This document shows, in pieces, positions 49,877 to 58,133 of a stretch of 64,000 bases of DNA; within the stretch, counting starts at the first letter, position 1, and each line of letters opens with the position of its first letter. The position numbers and the translations under genes are program-made. Source of the DNA: a virus (taxonomy: Duplodnaviria > Caudoviricetes); the IMG/VR virus record IMGVR_UViG_3300037067_017823, positions 1 to 64,000 of that record. One strand, written 5' to 3'. The notes below the pieces were generated by a model. It was not told the origin of the DNA, did not search any database, and saw only the letters and a program-made list of their open reading frames with translations.

Positions 49877-51811
49877 TTATAACCTTCTTCTCCTCAATGA
49901 AGCGGGCGTACTTAGAGTATCAATTATTCTTCTTGAAACTATTTCAGTTGTTGATTCTAGTGTGTCTATACTTTCAGTTCTTGTTGCTTCATCTTCTCTT
50001 GCAGCTTCACCACTTAGAATGTCTATGCGTGACTGAAAAGCTGTAGCAGAACCCATAACTTTGAGACCAGTTTCTCTAACAGTTGAAGTATATATTGGTT
50101 CACTTGTTACACTGCCCATTATAGCAGGATCAATTGTTTGAATCTCTTCTTCTGATAAATCAGTTGATAATATTGTTGATTCCGAACTTACTTCTGGCAT
50201 AAATGTATCAGAATATGTCGCCGAACTATAAAATGATTCAACTTCAATAAGTGACGTACTGTATATCCACTTTATTAGAGATGACATTTTGTATCGATAT
50301 CGTCTATTATACAAAATATTAAAATCATAGTAGCAAGAAGTGTGACAATCGTCAAGCATTACAACTTCTTTTAGTTTCCACTTGTTTTCGTACCATTCGT
50401 ATTTGTGAATTAGATAACCAACATATTGTAATCTTGGTGGTGCATCGCTACGTTTTCTAAGTAGATTATGATCTGTAATGAATATCATATTATCAACAAT
50501 GTCTTTTGTTTCTCTATTGTTAAATTCATGCACGATTTTGTTCCAAAAAGAAGAGTTTGCAAATTTGTTGATTGAAGAACTACAAATTGTTATATAGGTA
50601 TCCCTCGGCATCGCTGTGAACGTTGAGGGTGTCATTGAACTAGGAGTAGTTGATATACTAGTCATCAATGTTCCACCAGATGAAGCAAAAGACGGAGATG
50701 ATGTAGATGTTGAAAATGTTCCGGGAGAAGAAACAAAAGTTGGCATTGATGATACGCTTGGAGATACTGATGAAATGACGTTTGAATCTTTTCTAAACAC
50801 TTGAGAAAAATAATATTCATTAAGAACTTGTATTTCTGAAACGTTTGATATGTTGCCACTAATTGGCACGATTACAGTATCTATACCAGAACCACCCTGA
50901 ATTGGATTCCAAGTTAATTTTATATATCGTGGCATACATTTAAATGCTGCAGCCGCATCATAATAGTTTGAAGAATTTACAGCCGCATCACCCTCACCAC
51001 GAGTTGATTCATCTGAAGTGTAAAAATTATAAAAGGACGTTGTTCTCAAATTTGTAACTTTCTTAAGACCGTTTAGAACTCCATATGAAGATAAGTTTTT
51101 TGTTGTAAACTGAAAGTCATCTATAATTTCTTCCGCTTTAAATACGAGTTCTTCATCATCACTATTGAATGGATCTGACCCTAGTGAAAGAGCATAAATA
51201 TAGTTGAGAGAATTTACATCGCTGTTCTTGCTTGAAAGAAATAAATATATATCGTCAACTTCGTCGAAGGTGTCATATGTTGTCAGCAATGTACATATTC
51301 GTTCATAATGATTGTTTATTAATTGATCAAGTTGATCAGCATATAACATTCTTTGCGTTGTGTATGAACCAAACCACGCTGTAGAATAATTGAGATACTC
51401 CATCGATGATATAAAAACATAAAAATCATTGAAGTCTGCAATCAGATCAATTTTTGTGTAAGTCCCTCTCTTTTTTAAGAAACAATGTTTTGCGATTATG
51501 AATAATATTTGTGAATCAATGTATGCTTGAGTGTTGCCACCAGCCACTAAATCAAGAAGGTTCATCTCAATATCGATGTTAAAATAAGATGGACGGCCAG
51601 ATGTTCCAATAGCTATATACAAATCATTAACAAGTAGATTATACATTCGATCTGATAATACTCCACGTAATCCTTCATTTGTATAATTGCTAGGAATTTG
51701 AGGTTCTTTCTTCCACAAGTCAACGTGCAAAGAAACAATTTTTTCAGCAAACGGAGCAGAAATAAATTCTGGAATTGTAGAAATTACTGAATCTGGCATT
51801 ATTGTTGGCAT
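49877..51811 (-). CDS. Virion-region protein with Ser/Thr-rich segments
   Basis: PRYIKLTW...YVGYLIHKYE...YYDFNILYNRRYRY FN3-like elements flanking S/T tracts. Confidence 0.6.
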   Translation of the reverse strand: MPTIMPDSVISTIPEFISAPFAEKIVSLHVDLWKKEPQIPSNYTNEGLRGVLSDRMYNLLVNDLYIAIGTSGRPSYFNIDIEMNLLDLVAGGNTQAYIDSQILFIIAKHCFLKKRGTYTKIDLIADFNDFYVFISSMEYLNYSTAWFGSYTTQRMLYADQLDQLINNHYERICTLLTTYDTFDEVDDIYLFLSSKNSDVNSLNYIYALSLGSDPFNSDDEELVFKAEEIIDDFQFTTKNLSSYGVLNGLKKVTNLRTTSFYNFYTSDESTRGEGDAAVNSSNYYDAAAAFKCMPRYIKLTWNPIQGGSGIDTVIVPISGNISNVSEIQVLNEYYFSQVFRKDSNVISSVSPSVSSMPTFVSSPGTFSTSTSSPSFASSGGTLMTSISTTPSSMTPSTFTAMPRDTYITICSSSINKFANSSFWNKIVHEFNNRETKDIVDNMIFITDHNLLRKRSDAPPRLQYVGYLIHKYEWYENKWKLKEVVMLDDCHTSCYYDFNILYNRRYRYKMSSLIKWIYSTSLIEVESFYSSATYSDTFMPEVSSESTILSTDLSEEEIQTIDPAIMGSVTSEPIYTSTVRETGLKVMGSATAFQSRIDILSGEAAREDEATRTESIDTLESTTEIVSRRIIDTLSTPASLRRRRL

Positions 51812-51812
51812 A

Positions 51813-53645
51813 TCATGTTCCTACAGGAGAAAATCTCGTTCCAGAACTTGTTGATGTTGTTAAAGTACCGCCAGAAGACACTCTAGCCCCAATTCCAGAA
51901 GCTCCACTTGATGTCGATATGGGACCGGTTGATGTTGTTGGGACAGAACCAATCGAAGTCGTAATTGTCGCACCAGATGAAGTACTGCTTGCAGCAACGG
52001 TAGATGAAGACGTAGAAATAGGTCCTGTTGCTGACACCATATCAGATCCATATATTTTATGAACGAATATCGTATCATCTTGAATATTTGGATTATAGTT
52101 ATAATCGAATGCACCAATTTCAAGAAGTTTTTTAGCTTTTATGCAATCTTCATCTGTACCAAATATTGAATAGTTCAAATCTACGTTTATACCGTATTTT
52201 TTAATAGTATCTTTGTTTCTTGTAACAGCTTCTTTAGCTTGATTTCTTGTAAAAGACAATATATCGTTTGGTGATTCAGTTCTCGGCATAGAACTAACAA
52301 AATCTGAAACTAAGAAAGTATTTGCTGTTTCTATTGTTGAGTATCCATTATAGAAAACTTTACGATCATAAAATGTATCGAATATTTTAATGAGAAAGTT
52401 ATTAAAATCAGATAGACGAAAAACTATTATTACTTTTCCTCTTTCATCTTTAATCATAGCAATTATTTCACATTCTGGAAACGTAGAACCAAGCTGATCA
52501 AAAGAGCTTAATAGCTCTTGTGAGTAACTTCTTAAGTCTTTATTTGGTGTATCAAGATTATATGAATCAGAACCTATAGCAAACGAACCAGAGAATAATA
52601 CCGGATCAGAAAAAGACGAAACAACTTCTTTTTCTTCTGAACGGATATCTGTTTTTGTTTCTCGATCTAAAAGTGTAGATGTTACAGTTTTAGTTTGCGT
52701 CTTCGCTGTTTCATCTTTTTTAATAACAGAATCTATTACTGGAGTTGGACGAGCGACTGGTGTGAAGTCCTTGTTTTGTACTCTTGTTCGAATGACTAAG
52801 TTGTCAGTTTGTTTAAAATTTGTTTTTGCTGCAACTCTTTCTCTGATGCTTTTTAACTCTTTGTCACCAATGCCTTTACTAGAAGATGGTAATAAACCTA
52901 GAGTTTTATTTGTTGTTGATAGAGCATCTTTTAGATCGTTATTAACAGTTTTTTTATCTGTATCTCTTGTAGCTAACGTTGATTTTGAATCAGAAGTTTC
53001 AACATCAATGACTCGAAATGTTAAATCAATAGATTTGGAATGTAAATCATCAGAATCAGAAGAACCAACTGGTCGAGTCATTGATGTGCTTTTACTGCTT
53101 GTTCCAACAACATCTGTCGCTCTATCTCTTGATGTAAGCGAAAAACCATCTGAGCTACTACCGTCACTTGTTCCAAATACGTCTGTTGATTTGTCTCTTG
53201 AGGTAATAGAGAATTTTCCGTCTTCTGTTCCACCACTTGGCACAGTTGGCACAGAAATGGTTATTCCTCCCCCACCAGAACTTTGTGTAGCAATTGATGC
53301 TTGTGTCTTCGATGCGACTGCAACTGTTGCAACAGTAATATCTTTCAGTATCTTATTTGCTTCAGCTGAAGACTGCAAATCAGCCGATTTTGAACTAGAA
53401 ACAGAAACGGTTGTTGTGGTAGAACTTCTTGCTCTTGCCGTGGTGGCGACAGAACTAATAACTTGCGTAGTAGTTAAACTTGATGTCACTCTTGTTTGAT
53501 CATCTCTTGCCGAACTTGCTTGTATCTGTTGAGCTGAAGTTTGTGTTGCTCTTTCAACTGCAGAAAGAGCCGCCGATGTGTTTATTGTTGCAGTACCAGA
53601 CCGAAGAACTGTTGATGAAAGCTGACTTGTTCTTAATGTTGCCAT
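51813..53645 (-). CDS. Ser/Thr-rich low-complexity virion-region protein
   Basis: Long S/T tracts at both termini around a short globular core. Confidence 0.65.
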   Translation of the reverse strand: MATLRTSQLSSTVLRSGTATINTSAALSAVERATQTSAQQIQASSARDDQTRVTSSLTTTQVISSVATTARARSSTTTTVSVSSSKSADLQSSAEANKILKDITVATVAVASKTQASIATQSSGGGGITISVPTVPSGGTEDGKFSITSRDKSTDVFGTSDGSSSDGFSLTSRDRATDVVGTSSKSTSMTRPVGSSDSDDLHSKSIDLTFRVIDVETSDSKSTLATRDTDKKTVNNDLKDALSTTNKTLGLLPSSSKGIGDKELKSIRERVAAKTNFKQTDNLVIRTRVQNKDFTPVARPTPVIDSVIKKDETAKTQTKTVTSTLLDRETKTDIRSEEKEVVSSFSDPVLFSGSFAIGSDSYNLDTPNKDLRSYSQELLSSFDQLGSTFPECEIIAMIKDERGKVIIVFRLSDFNNFLIKIFDTFYDRKVFYNGYSTIETANTFLVSDFVSSMPRTESPNDILSFTRNQAKEAVTRNKDTIKKYGINVDLNYSIFGTDEDCIKAKKLLEIGAFDYNYNPNIQDDTIFVHKIYGSDMVSATGPISTSSSTVAASSTSSGATITTSIGSVPTTSTGPISTSSGASGIGARVSSGGTLTTSTSSGTRFSPVGT

Positions 53646-53764
53646 TTCTACTTCTTAATTATATTTTTGCTCAATTTATGTTTAACAAAAGAAACAATCT
53701 AAAAATAAATATGATAAAATGAGCTGTCCGTCAGGACAAATATATATAGCTATAGTAGTACTTA

Positions 53765-55450
53765 TCAAGTGCAGACAGCTATGAACGAATATTTACCAGT
53801 GTTTCCATTAAAGTCAGCTGCTTGTATACGATAAATATATTTGTTGTTTCTTTGTATGGTTGTGTCTATAAATTGTGTATTAAAGTAGCTTTTACCTACT
53901 CTAGTCCAAATTTTATTTTCATCTATTCTATCTATTATGAACGTATCAAGCGTTTTTTCGTTTTCATCTATTTTCCAAGTTATCACACACTTCATCGGTT
54001 CAAATACATCATTGAAGTATGCCTCGACGTCAGTCACTGGATTCGGTGGAACTGTAAGATCTATAAGCAATTCTGCGCTTTTATTTGATATCTGATTTGT
54101 CTCAGCATCATATGTTGATACATAGTAATAATATTTTGTATCTCTCATTGGCGGTGTTGGTTGATAATATGGATATTCTGAATCGAGAACAACACCGTCG
54201 TTGCTGCACATATCTATGAAAAAGCTTTCTGATTGTTCTGGAAATGATTGATAATTTAATTCATCATACTTTCTTCTGAAAACTTTGAAATAATACAGAT
54301 TGCTTTTCGGAAACAGCTCGCTTGATCCACTTACAACATCACTTAGCTTTTGATTTAAGTTATCGTCGCTCCAAACAATTTTTACGCCTGTTGGATATTC
54401 ATTTAAGATTTCACCGTCAATATTAATAGGTGTTGCAGGCATTTCGCTCGATAACAAACCACAATAAACAATATTTGACTGTCGTTCATCAGTTCTGTTT
54501 GAGAATTTATCTATTCCATATACAGAATATTGATAAAACATATCGTCTCTAACAATAGGATCGAGAAACTCAATTTCTTGCTTACCATTATTTTTTATTA
54601 ATGAACCAGATTGCCATTGTTCAACTTCTTCAAACTTTGTTCTTTTTTCTGAAATATCTTTTCTCTCTATTCTATACCATAAACAGCGTGGATCAATGTT
54701 TGATATTTTTAGTTTAGTATATTTTTCTCTAGAAGATTCTTTCGCAAACTGTGCAAATGGTATTGGATCAAACAATGTGTTTGTTTTCGACTTAGCATAG
54801 TTTTTATTCCATACAAAAACGTCAATCTTGATAATGTTCTGAGAAAAATGCCCGAACAAATCGTATGAAATAAACCTGTATTCATAAAAATGACCGAGAG
54901 ATATGTTTTTGTCTACATACAACTGATCTCCATATTTCAGAACTGCTATTCTTTCAAAAACGTCGTCATCAAAGTGTTTTTTGAATACAAAGATGTTTGT
55001 CGTAAACTTGCTTTTATTACAACTAATGTCAAAATAAATAGCTCCATTCCTCATTGAAAATGTTATCTGTTTTGGTGGTTCTATTTCATAAATTTCTCTC
55101 GGATCAAATTTTTCAATTTCAGATGCTTTAGATGATACATCTGTATATGCAATAATTTGATATGAATACGTTTTGAAATAATTTACATTCGAAACAATTT
55201 CCAAATTTTTATGAACATAAGAAAATACGCTTGGGCTAAACTCAATTGTTTTCTTAATTTTACCATCTTGAGAACTAGTATCATTTTCGAATAACACGAG
55301 ATCAAACGATATTATTTTTTCACTTGATGGATTCTTTGTTACTTCCCACTCTATTTTATTCTGCATTTTTTGAGAATCAAACTTTATTCTCGTAATAGAG
55401 ACTTCAATATCGGTTTTGATTATCTTTCGAGCGCTCTTTATTAATGTCAT
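53765..55450 (-). CDS. FN3-repeat virion protein
   Basis: Repeated YxY-type strands (YSYQIIAY, YEYRFISYD, YQYSVYGID, YYYYVSTYD, YIYRIQAAD) with PxxP starts. Confidence 0.75.
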   Translation of the reverse strand: MTLIKSARKIIKTDIEVSITRIKFDSQKMQNKIEWEVTKNPSSEKIISFDLVLFENDTSSQDGKIKKTIEFSPSVFSYVHKNLEIVSNVNYFKTYSYQIIAYTDVSSKASEIEKFDPREIYEIEPPKQITFSMRNGAIYFDISCNKSKFTTNIFVFKKHFDDDVFERIAVLKYGDQLYVDKNISLGHFYEYRFISYDLFGHFSQNIIKIDVFVWNKNYAKSKTNTLFDPIPFAQFAKESSREKYTKLKISNIDPRCLWYRIERKDISEKRTKFEEVEQWQSGSLIKNNGKQEIEFLDPIVRDDMFYQYSVYGIDKFSNRTDERQSNIVYCGLLSSEMPATPINIDGEILNEYPTGVKIVWSDDNLNQKLSDVVSGSSELFPKSNLYYFKVFRRKYDELNYQSFPEQSESFFIDMCSNDGVVLDSEYPYYQPTPPMRDTKYYYYVSTYDAETNQISNKSAELLIDLTVPPNPVTDVEAYFNDVFEPMKCVITWKIDENEKTLDTFIIDRIDENKIWTRVGKSYFNTQFIDTTIQRNNKYIYRIQAADFNGNTGKYSFIAVCT

Positions 55451-56061
55451 AGTATTTTCACTATTTCATATAATGTGTTAGCTTCATTTATCTCACTTGA
55501 TTGACTCATAAGACTATTATTATCTTCAGAAAGATAAAATGAAGAACCAGAACTGAATAACTTAGTTTTCTGATCAGACGATGATATTTCTAATTGAATT
55601 AAATACAACGGATCTTTATTTGTCCAACTTCTATTAAATGATATACTCGAAGAAAAATCTACTACTGCTCTTCTATTCTTTAGTGATTCTATTCTTGAAA
55701 CTGTACTTTCTAGATTGTCACTTCCAATTGCAAGCGAAAGAATTGAATCTGTATCAAATGTATCATCAGTAGATCTCTTTATAGAACATGAAGATATATT
55801 ATTTACTATTGAAACATTAGCATAATTCGAGATAAAAATTTCACCATCAAATATTTGATTTTCATAAACGTCAGCATCAGATATTGCTTCTAAGACTGGT
55901 AAAGACTCAATGCTGAAGTCATTTGAAGACGATAAATATAAAGAATCGTTGTCTATTAGTTTAAAATAATCAAACGAAATGATACCTTTAGACAACAGTT
56001 CTCTTCCATAACTTGTTAGAGCCAAATCAATTATATTCTGTTTTTTGTTTATAAAACCCAT
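55447..56061 (-). CDS. Virion structural protein, paralog of 46661-47377
   Basis: MGFINKKQNIIDLALTSYGRELLSKG...LPVLEA. Confidence 0.7.
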   Translation of the reverse strand: MGFINKKQNIIDLALTSYGRELLSKGIISFDYFKLIDNDSLYLSSSNDFSIESLPVLEAISDADVYENQIFDGEIFISNYANVSIVNNISSCSIKRSTDDTFDTDSILSLAIGSDNLESTVSRIESLKNRRAVVDFSSSISFNRSWTNKDPLYLIQLEISSSDQKTKLFSSGSSFYLSEDNNSLMSQSSEINEANTLYEIVKIL

Positions 56062-56073
56062 AAATTCACCATT

Positions 56074-58131
56074 TTATGGAACAAAATAAGGAAATAGTTC
56101 TGATTGAAAAAACCAGATCTTGTTGAGATTATTTTCAATCATTCGTGAACATTTTTCAACGTTGTATAAAGTTGGTCTTTCGAATAAATTCGACATTGCA
56201 TAATCACTTCCACTTAATATTGAAATAGCATCCTTTTGTGCAGTGCCACTTATTTTCTTTCTTAGTTGACCATTATAGAAGTTACATTTTAAATTTCTAT
56301 TTACTACTTTTGAAGCATAATAACTTATACTGCGCGACTCGTCAGAAATATCTATTGAAACAGCATTATTAATAAATTTGTTACAAAATCTTGCATCTCG
56401 TATCATATATACTTCGTGTTCTTCATATTCGTCACAATAAATGTTTGCAAAAAATAGTTGACTAAGACTGATAACAGCAAAATATTGTCTTATATTTTGT
56501 ATAACAACTTGTGGCGATATTGTTGCAAAGAAAACATAATAATATTTAATCAAGTAGTAATATTCAAAAGCAATAAGTGCTTCATTTATATCGAAGTAAC
56601 CAATAAACTTATCATTTATCATTACCTCAATACTGAATTTTCGATTATTTTTTTCATCGAGAGTGTTCAGAAATAACGAAACTTTATATAACTCATTATT
56701 TTCCCATCTAGCACCAGTGTTTTTGAAATAAGGTTTGAGATATTGATCGCTCGTTATTATTTTTACATTACCATCGGGAGAAAAATTAATTATTGGAAAC
56801 ATAAAGTTGTAATTTACGTTGAAACTAGGATCACCTTCTTCCCACGATTTTCCCTGTTCCCATTCACTAATTGCAGCATTAACACCAAATGTGAGACCTT
56901 GCACTTTTTGAATATCCTTATCTAACACAAGAGTCTCATCGATAATAGGATAAATCGTTGAAAAAATAAATTCAAAAAATGCTACTTGACTACTCGCAGA
57001 TCCAAAACTTTCCATTGAGTTAAAAATCATACTGCTCGTGAGTTCAAAACACGATGTATTAGCTGGTTCTCTCCAAATTGGGAAGTTCGATGCTGTAACA
57101 TATGTACCGCTACTCATTCCAGTATATGATCCTGTTGAATAATATGATTTTAGTATCGCTATATTTGGAATAACACTTTCACCATATACTGATAGGTTAT
57201 TTTGAACGAGAGTTAATGTACCAGACACACCACCAACCCACCATAACTCTCTATTCTTATAATATTCATCTCCAAGTAGTGTTCCAGAACATGGATGTTT
57301 AATTGATTCTCCAACACCATATTCGATAAAATCTGGCCATACAACTCCAAATGTTGGTTTTCCGAAATATCCCCAACAACCAGATGGAATTGACCAGTTT
57401 TCATTGAACATTAAGTTTCTATTAGCATCTTTTCCAGTAAATGGATAGTCACTTATTAATGAATCATAAGCGTCGCCATATAAAGCATTATGTGAAATTG
57501 TTGTAGATGTACCACTTAAGATTGATCTTTTTGCACTTAAGTAATAATCTGACGTAAACGCTGTTAATGGATTCGATGCTGATACTGTTCCTGAACAATA
57601 ATTGTAGAAAGCGTTTTGATATTCACCAATGTTTTCTGAAAAGAATCTATTTGATTTATGCTCTCTGTTTGTTTGATAACGTTCACTTCCAGAATATCCG
57701 TACCTTGATGTGTAGTAAGTTGAATCTTTGTGTTGTTGTATTGATGCAGAAGCCCAATTGTCATCAGAATAATCTTGCGGCGAATTCCTATATACTCTCG
57801 AATACCCTCTTTGATTTTTTTGCTCATATCGAAAAGCTAGATTTCCTCTTGGTGAATATTTATAAAGCTTATCACATCCATCAACAAATGGAGTTTCCCT
57901 TGAAGATGTTGTATATTGAGACCATGGAATCTCATTATAATGATAGTGTGCATCTTTTGTTGCATCTTCACCAATAATCGCATTGATGTCAGTTGGTGTG
58001 AGTGACGCTAAGTTATCATCAACTTTGTGACATAATATCGAAAACAATCCATTGCCATATTTTGTTACACGTGCGTTTTTTCTTGCATCCCAAGATGTTT
58101 CAAAAGAAGAACTGTTTGTTGCTAAAGTCAC
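56074..58131 (-). CDS. Baseplate-region structural protein
   Basis: 685 aa between baseplate genes; Ser/Tyr/Gly-rich middle. Confidence 0.6.
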   Translation of the reverse strand: MTLATNSSSFETSWDARKNARVTKYGNGLFSILCHKVDDNLASLTPTDINAIIGEDATKDAHYHYNEIPWSQYTTSSRETPFVDGCDKLYKYSPRGNLAFRYEQKNQRGYSRVYRNSPQDYSDDNWASASIQQHKDSTYYTSRYGYSGSERYQTNREHKSNRFFSENIGEYQNAFYNYCSGTVSASNPLTAFTSDYYLSAKRSILSGTSTTISHNALYGDAYDSLISDYPFTGKDANRNLMFNENWSIPSGCWGYFGKPTFGVVWPDFIEYGVGESIKHPCSGTLLGDEYYKNRELWWVGGVSGTLTLVQNNLSVYGESVIPNIAILKSYYSTGSYTGMSSGTYVTASNFPIWREPANTSCFELTSSMIFNSMESFGSASSQVAFFEFIFSTIYPIIDETLVLDKDIQKVQGLTFGVNAAISEWEQGKSWEEGDPSFNVNYNFMFPIINFSPDGNVKIITSDQYLKPYFKNTGARWENNELYKVSLFLNTLDEKNNRKFSIEVMINDKFIGYFDINEALIAFEYYYLIKYYYVFFATISPQVVIQNIRQYFAVISLSQLFFANIYCDEYEEHEVYMIRDARFCNKFINNAVSIDISDESRSISYYASKVVNRNLKCNFYNGQLRKKISGTAQKDAISILSGSDYAMSNLFERPTLYNVEKCSRMIENNLNKIWFFQSELFPYFVP

Positions 58132-58133
58132 TA

